Shown: positions 41,088-51,088 of the stretch, piece by piece
Numbering within the stretch: position 1 is the stretch's first letter
Layout of the letters: every line of letters begins with the position of its first letter
NCBI GenBank assembly: GCA_013335095.1
Contig: JAAXWF010000002.1
Location: 261 to 64,260 of the forward strand
DNA: 64,000 bases
Reading direction: 5' to 3'
DNA from: a candidate division WWE3 bacterium
GTDB lineage: Bacteria; Patescibacteriota; 4484-211; GCA-002791395
Program-made: the position numbers and the translations under genes
The notes under the pieces: model-generated
The model's input: only the letters and a program-made list of their open reading frames with translations
Database searches by the model: none
Told to the model about the DNA's origin: nothing

Positions 41088-42065
41088 ATGCCTAAAAATA
41101 TCACCGACCCCGAACTAATTGGTCCTGAAGAATTAACACTTGAGTCATCAATAAGACCGACCTCACTATCTCATTATTTTGGACAAGATGAATTAAAAAG
41201 AAACATTAATATTTTAATTGAAGCGGCTAAAAAAAGACGCGAGGCAATGGATCACTTATTGCTTTACGGTCCGCCTGGTTTGGGAAAAACAACTCTTGCC
41301 CGTATTGTTGGGTATGAACTTGGAGTCGATGTAAAGATAACTTCAGGTCCAGCAATTGAACGAGCCGGGGATCTAGCATCAATATTAACGAATTTAACCG
41401 AAGGAGATATATTATTTATCGATGAGATTCATCGTCTAAACAGGGTCGTAGAAGAAACACTATATCCTGCAATGGAGGATTTTGCGCTTGACCTTGTAAT
41501 CGGTAAAGGGCCGTCTGCGCGAACCCTACGACTGGACTTACCTAAATTCACCGTAGTGGGAGCGACAACACGTATAGGGCTAATGAGCGGGCCAATTCGC
41601 GATAGATTTGGCGCTTTATTCCGACTTGATTTCTATGATGAAAAAGCATTAACCCAAATAATTGAACGAGCTGCATCAGTATTAAATATCCCAATAGACA
41701 AAGAAAGCCTTAATGAGGTGGCAAGAAGATCACGCGGAACGCCTCGCATAGCAAACAGATTACTAAAAAGGATCCGAGACTATGCCGAGGTCGAAGGAAA
41801 AGGAATTATTGAACTACCAATTATTAAAAATGCCTGTGAGTTATTAGGGGTAGACCATGATGGACTAGATTATTTAGACCGAAAATATCTGGACTGCCTA
41901 AAAAATACTTTTGATGGAGGACCAGTCGGAGTTGATACGATCGCGGCAGCGATGGCCGAAGACGTTGGAACCGTAGAAGATGTAGTCGAACCATTCCTAA
42001 TTCAAAAAGGTTTAATTAAAAGGACCCCGAGAGGACGGATACTTAGTAACAAACGATTAGACTAA
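41088..42065 (+). CDS. ruvB: Holliday junction helicase RuvB
   Basis: [30 protein letters not shown] and RTPRGR. Confidence 0.97.
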   Translation: MPKNITDPELIGPEELTLESSIRPTSLSHYFGQDELKRNINILIEAAKKRREAMDHLLLYGPPGLGKTTLARIVGYELGVDVKITSGPAIERAGDLASILTNLTEGDILFIDEIHRLNRVVEETLYPAMEDFALDLVIGKGPSARTLRLDLPKFTVVGATTRIGLMSGPIRDRFGALFRLDFYDEKALTQIIERAASVLNIPIDKESLNEVARRSRGTPRIANRLLKRIRDYAEVEGKGIIELPIIKNACELLGVDHDGLDYLDRKYLDCLKNTFDGGPVGVDTIAAAMAEDVGTVEDVVEPFLIQKGLIKRTPRGRILSNKRLD

Positions 42066-42084
42066 CAGAAAAGCTATATCCCAT

Positions 42085-42117
42085 AAAAAAAGGACCGTCT
42101 TAACGGTCCTTTTTTTT
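42085..42117. terminator. bidirectional intrinsic terminator
   Basis: A7-GGACCGT-ctta-ACGGTCC-T8 between convergent ruvB and the acidic ORF. Confidence 0.88.
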
Positions 42118-42145
42118 ATCAACGTACGATACTACCGATCTTAGA

Positions 42146-42367
42146 TTACTCATCATCATCGGCATCGCCCCAATCCTCTTCATCTAAATCATCACCAAAC
42201 AGATCATCGTCTTCCTCATCATCTTCTTCTAAATCTTCGTCTTCGAGGTCTTCATCATCCCATTCATCATCAAGGTCACCTTCGTCGTCAGTGTCCTCTT
42301 CAAAATCGGCATCTCCTTCAACCTCTTCATCATCGGCGAGCAACATTGTTTTTGTTATTTCAGTCAT
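42146..42367 (-). CDS. small hyper-acidic protein
   Basis: 73 aa with 46 Asp/Glu; SD-like AAAAGGTGGTGA upstream; terminator downstream. Confidence 0.7.
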   Translation of the reverse strand: MTEITKTMLLADDEEVEGDADFEEDTDDEGDLDDEWDDEDLEDEDLEEDDEEDDDLFGDDLDEEDWGDADDDE

Positions 42368-42448
42368 CGATAATCACCACCTTTTAGAAAGCATTGTACA
42401 GCAAATAGCCTAGCCTTCCTTGGCTTTTTATATTATCATGGATAAACT

Positions 42449-43015
42449 GTGTCAAGACGAAAAAAGATCCTTGGTATAGACCCAGGATTGGCAGATCTAG
42501 GGTGGGGGATTATCGAGGTTGAAAAAAACAGAGTATTTCCAGTAGATTACGGAGTTATTAAAACAAAAGCGAACACCCCTCTCGCAGAACGTCTATCCAT
42601 CATTTATACCGAATTAAAGCAGTTAATCTCACAACACCAACCCGATCATGTCGGTATAGAAAAGCTTTTTTTCGGAAAAAACGCCAAAACAGCAATGTCG
42701 GTAGGTGAAGCCAGAGGGGTTGTTGTATTAACATTATTTCAACATGCACTGATTTATACTGAATTCACGCCTGCGGCTGTTAAAATAGCTCTTACAGGTT
42801 ACGGAAATGCCGATAAACATCAGGTTCAAGAGATGGTCAAACATACACTTAAATTACGGCAGATACCAAAACCCGATGATGCCGCCGATGCCTTGGCAAT
42901 AGCGATTACGATGGCATACAATCTTAAACTAAACCAGATCGTAGAGGATAAACGTAAAGATAAAGAAGCGGCGCAAAGGTTCTACCAAAAGATACAGCTC
43001 GCACAACAATCATGA
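42449..43015 (+). CDS. ruvC: Holliday junction resolvase RuvC
   Basis: ILGIDPG, IEKLFF, GEARGV, TGYGNADK and DDAADALAIA. Confidence 0.96.
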   Translation: MSRRKKILGIDPGLADLGWGIIEVEKNRVFPVDYGVIKTKANTPLAERLSIIYTELKQLISQHQPDHVGIEKLFFGKNAKTAMSVGEARGVVVLTLFQHALIYTEFTPAAVKIALTGYGNADKHQVQEMVKHTLKLRQIPKPDDAADALAIAITMAYNLKLNQIVEDKRKDKEAAQRFYQKIQLAQQS

Positions 43016-43587
43016 TTGCCTTTATTTCGGGAGACATTCAAAAAAAAACATCTTCAAACGTCATAATCGTAAGTGGCGGTATTGGGTATGAAATTAATGT
43101 CCACGAGCGTGATTTGGAAATCCTTGAAGAAAAATCACCGGCGCAATTATGGGTTGTAACGGTAATGAATGAATCATCGATCAGACTGTTTGGTTTTTTA
43201 GATGACAGCGAACGAGAATTATTTCTTCTTTTAACATCGGTATCGGGCATTGGCCCCAAGACCGCCTTGAGTATTCTAGGAAGTGCTACATCAGACATTA
43301 TCCAAAACGCAATCATTGAAGGCGACGAGTCTGCGTTTAAAAAAATATCTGGCATTGGCCCTAAAAGTGCCCAACGTCTTGTTATTGAACTCTCTGATAA
43401 AGTCGGATCGCTTACGAAGCCCAAGTTACTTCATCGAAAAAGTCATGAGGCAGATCTGGTGATCTCGGCATTAAGCGGATTAGGATACACCAAGCCAGAA
43501 ATGGATCGAATATTACCACTAATTGATAAAAATCTTTCGACCGAAGAAAAGATTGCATTATTTATCAAACTTAATGGTCAGCAGTAA
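43012..43587 (+). CDS. ruvA: Holliday junction binding protein RuvA
   Basis: GGIGYEI, LFGF, VSGIGPKTAL, GIGPKSAQRL and ALSGLGY. Confidence 0.95.
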   Translation: MIAFISGDIQKKTSSNVIIVSGGIGYEINVHERDLEILEEKSPAQLWVVTVMNESSIRLFGFLDDSERELFLLLTSVSGIGPKTALSILGSATSDIIQNAIIEGDESAFKKISGIGPKSAQRLVIELSDKVGSLTKPKLLHRKSHEADLVISALSGLGYTKPEMDRILPLIDKNLSTEEKIALFIKLNGQQ

Positions 43588-43646
43588 ATCAACAAAATAT
43601 TCGTAGTTGATTAAGCGTAATTCTTTTGGTACAACTTAAGTAAGTT

Positions 43647-46007
43647 ATGCCCCAAAAGAAATCAGAGTTCATTCGATGGTTTGAAGAAGTTGGTAAAAAT
43701 GACGTTGCGCTGGTCGGTGGTAAAGGTGCCAATCTTGGTGAAATGGCCCAAGCCAAATTCCCTGTACCAAATGGCTTTGTCGTAACTTCGACTACATATT
43801 TCCACTTTATTGAAGAAACAGGTCTCAAACAAAAAATCGCCAAGGTGCTTGAAAATCTTGATGTTAATGATAGTAAAGCGCTCACAACAGCTGCAGGTAA
43901 TTGTCGCAAACTCATAATGAGTGCATCCCCATCTCCTGAAATTAAAGAAGCGATTATCGCTGCATATCAAAAGTTGTCCGAAGGAAAGCCTGCTTTAGTT
44001 GCGGTTAGATCCTCAGCGACAGCAGAAGATCTTCCTGAAGCAAGCTTTGCGGGTCAACAAGAAAGTTACATGAACATAAAAGGAAAAGAAAGTGTTCTAA
44101 AAACAATTCAAATCGCATGGTCGTCATTATTTGAAGATCGCGCCGTATTTTATCGTGCACAAAAAGGGTTTGATCATCTCAAAGTTGGTATAGCTATTCC
44201 AGTACAATTAATGGTCCACAGTGAAGCATCTGGTGTAATGTTTACCGCAGATCCGATCTCGAATGATACCGGTGTTATATCAATTGAAGGTGGGTATGGA
44301 TTTGGTGATGCAATTGTCAGTGGTTCAATAACTCCAGACCAGTACATGGTTAAAAAATCTCCATTAGAGATAACTTCTAAACATATTGTCGATCAACCAA
44401 AGATGCTCGCAAAAGGTACAACAATTCCAAAAAATGCAGAAAAATTCCGTCCTGAAAGCGAACTGTTTTGGGTAGATGTGCCTAAAGATTATCGTGAAAA
44501 ACAAAAAATTAGTGACGGTCTCATATTAAAGTTAGCTGAAGTTGGTTCAAATATAGAAAAACACTACAACCATCCTCAAGATATTGAATGGGCTATCGAA
44601 AAAAATCGCGTGTATGTCGTTCAAACACGACCGATTACAACATTAACTGTACAAGATGATGTAAAGCCTACAACAACAGTCGCATCTGTTCCACAATCCT
44701 CAGCTGCGCCAACATTAAATCAACCCGTATTATTACAAGGTTTAGGAGCAAGTCCAGGAATTGCAACAGGACCTGTATGTATTATTAAGGATTCAACCGA
44801 AATCGATAAAGTTAAGAAAGGTGACATTCTCGTTACCGGAATGACTACTCCAGACTTTGTACCAGCAATGAGGAAGGCGGTTGCTGTTGTAACTAATTTA
44901 GGCGGTAGAACATCACATGCAGCAATCGTAAGTCGAGAATTAGGTATTCCGGCAGTGGTCGGTACAGATCTGGCAACAAAGACGCTAAAGAAGGGCGAAA
45001 TTATTACGGTAGATGGTAAACAAGGAAAAATTTATAGTGGAAAAGTAGACCTATCTACTGGACAAGCTGCTGGTGCTATCGTTGCACCAAATCTACAAGA
45101 GATGCTCAAAAAGACCGCAACTAAGATTTATTGTAATTTAGGTGAACCACAATTAGCTGAAGACATTGCGAAGCGAAATGTTGATGGAGTCGGTTTACTC
45201 CGTGCGGAATTTATGATTGCGAATATTGGACAACATCCACGCTATATGCTTGAAAAAGGTCGCCGAGATGAATTTGTCGATGAACTATTTGACGGTATCA
45301 TGAAATTCGCTAAAGCATTTGATCCACGTCCGGTCATTTATCGAGCCACCGATTTTCGCACAAATGAATACCGAGGACTAAAAGGTGGAGAAAAATATGA
45401 ATCTGAGGAAGAAAATCCTATGATTGGCTTCCGCGGAGTCTCACGCTATTTAGCTGATCCAGAAGTATTTAAGATGGAGTTAGAGGCGATAAAAAGAGTT
45501 CGACGCTATCACCAGAATATTTGGGTTATGTTACCGTTTGTTCGCACACCAGAAGAATTACGAGAGGCCAAGAAGATTATGGCGACAATGGGATTGTACC
45601 GTACCGGAACATTTAAATTATTGATTATGGTTGAGGTTCCGTCTACGGTATTAATGCTAGAACGATTTATTGGTGTCGGTATTGATGGGGTATCAATTGG
45701 TAGTAATGACCTAACTCAGTTAATTTTAGGTGTTGATCGAGACAATGCCAAAATCGCCAATATTTTTAATGAGCAGAATCCAGCAGTAATGTGGGCCTTA
45801 GAACACATAATCAAAGTATGCCAAGCTCATGGAATAACATCAGGCATCTGTGGGCAAGCACCAAGCGAATATCCAGAGTTAGTTACAAAACTCGTAGAGT
45901 GGGGAGCATCGTCAATTAGTGTATCACCGGATGTTATTGAACAAACAAGAGATTTAGTTGCTCAAGCAGAATTTGAGAAGGTACGGATGCGTAAATTTTC
46001 TGCTTAA
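43647..46007 (+). CDS. ppsA: phosphoenolpyruvate synthase
   Basis: VGGKGANLGEM, AVRSSATAEDLPEASFAGQQ, GGRTSHAAIVSRE, EENPMIGFRG and SIGSNDLTQ. Confidence 0.96.
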   Translation: MPQKKSEFIRWFEEVGKNDVALVGGKGANLGEMAQAKFPVPNGFVVTSTTYFHFIEETGLKQKIAKVLENLDVNDSKALTTAAGNCRKLIMSASPSPEIKEAIIAAYQKLSEGKPALVAVRSSATAEDLPEASFAGQQESYMNIKGKESVLKTIQIAWSSLFEDRAVFYRAQKGFDHLKVGIAIPVQLMVHSEASGVMFTADPISNDTGVISIEGGYGFGDAIVSGSITPDQYMVKKSPLEITSKHIVDQPKMLAKGTTIPKNAEKFRPESELFWVDVPKDYREKQKISDGLILKLAEVGSNIEKHYNHPQDIEWAIEKNRVYVVQTRPITTLTVQDDVKPTTTVASVPQSSAAPTLNQPVLLQGLGASPGIATGPVCIIKDSTEIDKVKKGDILVTGMTTPDFVPAMRKAVAVVTNLGGRTSHAAIVSRELGIPAVVGTDLATKTLKKGEIITVDGKQGKIYSGKVDLSTGQAAGAIVAPNLQEMLKKTATKIYCNLGEPQLAEDIAKRNVDGVGLLRAEFMIANIGQHPRYMLEKGRRDEFVDELFDGIMKFAKAFDPRPVIYRATDFRTNEYRGLKGGEKYESEEENPMIGFRGVSRYLADPEVFKMELEAIKRVRRYHQNIWVMLPFVRTPEELREAKKIMATMGLYRTGTFKLLIMVEVPSTVLMLERFIGVGIDGVSIGSNDLTQLILGVDRDNAKIANIFNEQNPAVMWALEHIIKVCQAHGITSGICGQAPSEYPELVTKLVEWGASSISVSPDVIEQTRDLVAQAEFEKVRMRKFSA

Positions 46008-46076
46008 TTAATTTTTTGCAGGTAAATATCTGCTTGGTTTTTTAGAATAAATAGTTTAGAATAATTTTGTTGCATT

Positions 46077-46478
46077 ATGGCAAATCAAGGAAAAAAAATA
46101 TTGATAATTGAAGACGATTTTTTCATTCGCGAATTGTACGAACGACAATTTAATAAAGAAGGATATTCTGTGAGTAGCGCTGAGGATGGCCCAACAGGTT
46201 TGGTCTTAGCCAGTCAAGAAAAGCCTGATCTTATTTTACTCGATATCATGTTGCCAAAACTTAATGGCTTAGATCTTTTGAGAACGTTAAAGAGTAAATC
46301 TGAAACACAAAATATTCCGGTCATACTGCTGACAAATCTAGGTCAAGAGAGTGTTATTAAAGAGGGATTTGACTTAGGCGCAGCAAGTTACTTAATTAAA
46401 GCAGCATATACACCGTCACAGATCATTGATGAAGTTAAAAACTTTCTTAATGATTCTCAACAAACGCCGGCAAGCTAA
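46077..46478 (+). CDS. single-domain response regulator (receiver)
   Basis: ILIIEDD, LLDIMLP, ILLTN and YLIK. Confidence 0.92.
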   Translation: MANQGKKILIIEDDFFIRELYERQFNKEGYSVSSAEDGPTGLVLASQEKPDLILLDIMLPKLNGLDLLRTLKSKSETQNIPVILLTNLGQESVIKEGFDLGAASYLIKAAYTPSQIIDEVKNFLNDSQQTPAS

Positions 46479-47589
46479 ATCTAAATTCTGATCCTTTTCC
46501 AACCTCTGAAATAAGTGACATCTGTCCACCCATTAATTGAATAAACTGTTTTGATAGATACAGTCCTAAACCAGCACCTTGTGTTGTTTCAGTCAAACTT
46601 CTCTCACCACGTAAAAATTTAGCAAACAATTGAGACTGGAGTTCCTGCGAAATTCCGGGACCGGTATCTTTTACTGAAATGGTAACGTATCCTTCGTCAA
46701 ACCACATCTGAACAGTAATAGAACCTCTTTCGGTGTACTTAATCGCGTTCTCAATTAAGTTATCGAATACACTACGCACAAGATCTTCATCGCCACGAAT
46801 AGGTGGTATAGGGAATCGAGGCATCACAAATAAAAGTTGAAGTCCCTTTTTAGCAGCTCGTTCTTCCCATGTTCGTTGGACCTCGCGAACAATATAATCC
46901 AAGTTCAACTTTTGAACATTGACGGTTACATTTCCGGTTTCAATTTGGCTCATATCAAGAAGCTTCTCGACGGTCTGTTCTTGTCGTTGATTACTGATAT
47001 ATGCCCGTTGAATAAATTCCAAATGTTCAGGTTGCATATACGTAGCTTCTTTAATCACTACGTCTAAATATCCTTTTATAATCGAAATCGGAGTTCTCAA
47101 CTCATGACTTACAAACGATACGAAGTCGACCTGCTTTTGCTGAAGCTTTTTCTCCTGGGTTAGATCATTCATTTCCACCAGCCCACCTAAAAATCGTTGA
47201 GTTTCAGGTTCAAGAATTGGATTTAAAACTAGCTGTACGGGTTTATCCTTCAATGTTACTTCGAGCTTATAAATTTCACGTCTCTCGATAAATTGAAGAA
47301 ATGTATTTTTAATTTGGTCTTTAGGTTCAAGTGGTAAAACGATAGAGAATAAACGGCCTAAGACTTGTTCTGCAGGCAATCCTAAAAAAGTAGATGCACC
47401 TTCACTGTAAAAAAAGATCGATCCGTTTGGTTCGACCGCAAATACAGGAGTCGAAAGATGCGTTAAAAGTAAACGAAATCTGTTGAGTGATTCTTCAAGT
47501 TCGTTAATTCTTCCAATTACTGATGAATTTTTTTTATTTTTTGATGAGTTACTGCTAAATAATGAATTGATAATTCCCATCTTTTTCAT
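46447..47589 (-). CDS. cytoplasmic PAS-domain histidine kinase
   Basis: SHELRTP H-box, NLIENAIKY, DTGPGI, GAGLGL and GKGSEF; no TM. Confidence 0.92.
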   Translation of the reverse strand: MKKMGIINSLFSSNSSKNKKNSSVIGRINELEESLNRFRLLLTHLSTPVFAVEPNGSIFFYSEGASTFLGLPAEQVLGRLFSIVLPLEPKDQIKNTFLQFIERREIYKLEVTLKDKPVQLVLNPILEPETQRFLGGLVEMNDLTQEKKLQQKQVDFVSFVSHELRTPISIIKGYLDVVIKEATYMQPEHLEFIQRAYISNQRQEQTVEKLLDMSQIETGNVTVNVQKLNLDYIVREVQRTWEERAAKKGLQLLFVMPRFPIPPIRGDEDLVRSVFDNLIENAIKYTERGSITVQMWFDEGYVTISVKDTGPGISQELQSQLFAKFLRGERSLTETTQGAGLGLYLSKQFIQLMGGQMSLISEVGKGSEFRFSLPAFVENH

Positions 47590-47663
47590 ATTAACATGGT
47601 GATTTGAAATAGTCTTGTCATCTTGGGCTTTTCATTTTTGATCCATGCTTATACAATGACTAC

Positions 47664-48911
47664 ATGGTACTGATTGATTCAATTGTAGCTCGTCAAATAC
47701 TAAACGGCCAAGGAGAGCCGACCGTCGAAACTATTCTGAAATTATCCAGCGGAGAAGAACTGCGCGCTTCAGTTCCCAGTGGTAGGACAAAATCATCTTA
47801 TGAAGCGATAGAGTTATACGACAAAGATTTTGCTAAATATTTTGGCAGAAGTGTCGAGCATGCGGTTGAATCAATTAATAATATTATTGCACCGCGAATA
47901 AAACGACTTGATCCCACCGAACAATCTAAAGTTGATCAAATATTATTAGAACTCGATGGCACACCTAATAAAGCACATTTAGGCAGTAATGTTACATTGG
48001 CAGTCTCGGTTGTTGTCGCTCGGGCAGCAGCGAAAGTAAAAGATAAGCCCTTCTATTCATATATAAACGAATTATTTATTAAGACCAAGGCAAAAAACCA
48101 ATACGATGAAGATATTAATTTAACGGGAGATGCAATTAAGCCTCAGCTACCGATTCCGGGATTTTCTCTTATCAATGGGGGAAGTCATGCCAGCAGTACT
48201 GATTTAACCATACAAGAATTCTTAGTATTTCCGGTAGGAGTCGATAAAATGGCGGATAAAATTCGAGCAGGTGTAGAGATACTTAATACACTAAAGAAGC
48301 TATGCCGCGACACTTTTAATAGTGGAGAATTAGGCGATGAAGGCGCCCTCGCTCCTCCAAGAATAGCTGACCCAATGCAGGCTATGGAGATAATTTCACA
48401 AGCGGTTAAAAAATCAGGCTACGATCGAAACAATCGAGTAGTATATGGATTCGATATTGCGGGAGCCGAAATTCCGGCTGAATTTTATTCGCGGGTTTTC
48501 TCAATGTACCCTGTATTGACCGTTGAAGATCCTTATAAAGAAGATGACTGGGATAAATTCACCAAAATGCATAAGACCTATCCGGATTTATTCGTCACAG
48601 GCGATGATTTAACTGCAACCCAGTTAAAAAGACTTTATACAGCAATAAAATCTGAAGCCATCGATTCAGTAATGGTTAAACCCAATCAAGCTGGTACATT
48701 AACCGAAACATTACAATTTGCCAAAGTGGCCAAAGATGCTGGCATGGCACTGTATGCAGCACATCGATCGGGTGAAACGTCGGATACATTTATTGTCGAT
48801 CTCGCAGTGGGAATCGGAGCAAAGTTTCTTAAGGCTGGTGCACCGTTTGGCGGGGAACGAGTGGCTAAATATAACCATTTGATGGATGTCGCTGTTTATT
48901 TTGAATCTTAG
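47664..48911 (+). CDS. eno: enolase (divergent)
   Basis: VPSG, GGSH, QEF, GDEG, EDP, GDDL, KPNQAGTLTET, HRSGET and ERVAKYN. Confidence 0.88.
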   Translation: MVLIDSIVARQILNGQGEPTVETILKLSSGEELRASVPSGRTKSSYEAIELYDKDFAKYFGRSVEHAVESINNIIAPRIKRLDPTEQSKVDQILLELDGTPNKAHLGSNVTLAVSVVVARAAAKVKDKPFYSYINELFIKTKAKNQYDEDINLTGDAIKPQLPIPGFSLINGGSHASSTDLTIQEFLVFPVGVDKMADKIRAGVEILNTLKKLCRDTFNSGELGDEGALAPPRIADPMQAMEIISQAVKKSGYDRNNRVVYGFDIAGAEIPAEFYSRVFSMYPVLTVEDPYKEDDWDKFTKMHKTYPDLFVTGDDLTATQLKRLYTAIKSEAIDSVMVKPNQAGTLTETLQFAKVAKDAGMALYAAHRSGETSDTFIVDLAVGIGAKFLKAGAPFGGERVAKYNHLMDVAVYFES

Positions 48912-48922
48912 GATATCTCTTC

Positions 48923-49561
48923 ATGCTGTCTTCTATTCTTGAATCTATTACGACATGGGGATTACACATAATTTCACTTGGGGGATATTGGGGAATTTTT
49001 AGTATTTCATTACTTGAAAATGTTTTTACGCCAATTCCGAGTGAAGCAATCATACCTTTTGCTGGAATATTAGTTAGTCAAGGAAAGTTTTCATTTACGC
49101 TTGTAGTTGTTGCTGCAACCTTGGGCAGTCTTATCGGTGCTTATGTTTTCTACTATGTCGGCTATATACTTGGAGCTGATCATATCAAACAGTTTATTAT
49201 CAAGTGGGGAAAGTATTTTTTTCTATCCGAAGATGACGTAAAAAGAGCCGAAGAATGGTTTAGCAAATATGGAATGTGGGCTGTACTTATTTGCCGCGTT
49301 ATACCGCTTGTAAGAAGCTTTATCTCTATTCCGGCCGGATACGTTAAGTTGCCATTTTGGAAATTTAGCGTTCTGACCGCAATTGGATCTGGCTTATGGT
49401 CTACTTTTCTGGTTTATATAGGTTTTGCATTAGGAGAAAATTATCATATAATTGAACCGTACATAAGTACGATCGAAAAGGTCGTTGCGATAATTCTAGC
49501 GATTGGTTTTGGGTATTACTTGTTCCTAAAAATGTCTGCGGCTCGCAAATCTGTAATGTAA
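48923..49561 (+). CDS. DedA family membrane protein
   Basis: LENVFTPIPSEAIIPFAG and CRVIPLVRSFISIPAG. Confidence 0.93.
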   Translation: MLSSILESITTWGLHIISLGGYWGIFSISLLENVFTPIPSEAIIPFAGILVSQGKFSFTLVVVAATLGSLIGAYVFYYVGYILGADHIKQFIIKWGKYFFLSEDDVKRAEEWFSKYGMWAVLICRVIPLVRSFISIPAGYVKLPFWKFSVLTAIGSGLWSTFLVYIGFALGENYHIIEPYISTIEKVVAIILAIGFGYYLFLKMSAARKSVM

Positions 49562-49603
49562 GCGATTTATCCTTAAAAACAAAGGAGTTTAAGTTATATA
49601 GCA

Positions 49604-49632
49604 TTGACACATACGTAATGTTTATGTAGAAT
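49604..49632 (+). promoter_or_regulatory. sigma70-type promoter of GC-rich cluster
   Basis: TTGACA-17 nt-TAGAAT. Confidence 0.75.
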
Positions 49633-49670
49633 AATGTTTGTCTTATAGTATAAAACAACATACTATATTT

Positions 49671-49832
49671 GCACCTAATACAAATCATCAGGGGGCAGAA
49701 TGGATATGGATTTATTCGATATTCACTTTGCCCTCTAATGAGAGCTGGGCATTTTGCCCATGGAAGCTCGATTTGGAGTGGTTTGTAAAGCCACACTGAT
49801 AGGAGGGGTTGAATACCCCAGGAGGTGTCCAG
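49671..49832 (+). promoter_or_regulatory. structured 5' leader (boxA-like motif, 22-bp hairpin, short hairpins, SD)
   Basis: GCACCTAATACAA; CATCAGGGGGCAGAATGGATAT/ATATTCACTTTGCCCTCTAATG (49686-49740); GGGCA-ttt-TGCCC; AGGAGGT. Confidence 0.55.
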
Positions 49833-50846
49833 ATGGTTGACATTCTGCATCGCGAAGATACTCGCGAAGAGACTGTTCGTACACGTCGCGCACGCCCTGA
49901 GCAGTTGGGGGCGGTGATTCCGCCCAGTGTCGAGGGCCTAACGCCATGGAGGGAGGATCCCCGGTACGAATACCGGACCCCGGAGAACCTTCCGTGGCCG
50001 GCGGCATTCATCTGGGTAGTCAACACAGCGCCTCGCAGGCCTGGCGACAAGAACACCCAAATGAGCCGGCGTCAGGGGGAGATCCTCTGGGCCGCGCCGA
50101 TGTGGTCCGTCTCGATGCGTAAGACCATTCCGCCGACGGCGGAGAGGGCTCTGAGCATCGCCCGGCGCAAGAAGGGGCCGGAGATTCGGCCCGACCAGGT
50201 GAGTTTCGCCCTGGCGATCTACAAGAAGGGGCGTATTCGCCCCCATTCAGATCTCCTGGGGGAACCAGCGGGGAACTACTTCGAGCTGGTATTCACTCTG
50301 AATCCCCTCGAGATCGAGGCGATTCTGATGAATCCCGATAACGATGCTACGATGCTTCTGGAGAAGCTCGACGCTCAGGGATACCTGGGTGTTCCGGCTG
50401 ATCCGAGCCGAGCCGAGGAGATCAAGGACCGCGTGCTACAGCAGATGGTCACGTTGATCAAGGCAGCAGGTCGTACCGACCTGCTCGAAGTGAGCAACAC
50501 GGCAGACAGCAGCACTCCCAGCATCGGCGAGGGGGATCTGTTGATCACCGCCGCTGATATCGAGGCCGCACGTGGTTACGTGAAGGCAGCGCAGTTCGCA
50601 ATGCCGACACAGTCACAGGTTGCGACGACTCTGGCCCTGCTGGAGAAGAAGGGGCGTACCCTCGTCCCGACTGCCCTGCTGGCCGATCTGCCGGAGGAGC
50701 TGCTGACGAAGTACGGCCTCAAGCGGCCCGACTCAGTCAGTCCGGCTCCCGCCGCGGTCAAGCCTGCGGTTGCGCCCGCAGAGCCGCCGGCTCCCGCAAA
50801 GCAGCCGGCTTCGTCCGCCCTGGCCGCCCTGCTGGGCGGTAATTAA
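49833..50846 (+). CDS. orphan cytoplasmic protein with Pro/Ala-rich C-terminal tail
   Basis: CAGGAGGT-gtccag-ATG; long GC-rich ORF with strong G/C third positions. Confidence 0.78.
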   Translation: MVDILHREDTREETVRTRRARPEQLGAVIPPSVEGLTPWREDPRYEYRTPENLPWPAAFIWVVNTAPRRPGDKNTQMSRRQGEILWAAPMWSVSMRKTIPPTAERALSIARRKKGPEIRPDQVSFALAIYKKGRIRPHSDLLGEPAGNYFELVFTLNPLEIEAILMNPDNDATMLLEKLDAQGYLGVPADPSRAEEIKDRVLQQMVTLIKAAGRTDLLEVSNTADSSTPSIGEGDLLITAADIEAARGYVKAAQFAMPTQSQVATTLALLEKKGRTLVPTALLADLPEELLTKYGLKRPDSVSPAPAAVKPAVAPAEPPAPAKQPASSALAALLGGN

Positions 50847-50882
50847 GCAGGGGATTAGGTTCGTGTTCGTCCGTTAGCAACA

Positions 50883-50916
50883 GTCCAAAGGCCACCTTGA
50901 GTGGTGGCCTTTGGAC
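50883..50916. repeat. perfect 14-bp inverted repeat
   Basis: GTCCAAAGGCCACC-ttgagt-GGTGGCCTTTGGAC; no U-tract. Confidence 0.85.
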
Positions 50917-51024
50917 CACTCAATTAAATTATTGACCTTGTCAGTCTTTATGATCCAGAATCGTAAAGAGTGATAAGGTCGACAGACCAAACAATCTATG
51001 TAGGGTCGGTGCGGCCATATACAC

Positions 51025-51055
51025 AAAACCAAATTTAAGACAGTTTGGTTTTTTT
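51025..51055 (+). terminator. probable intrinsic terminator
   Basis: AAAACCAAATT-taagac-AGTTTGGTTTTTTT. Confidence 0.55.
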
Positions 51056-51088
51056 CATAATTGGTGTATAAGAATTATGTAATAAAAC

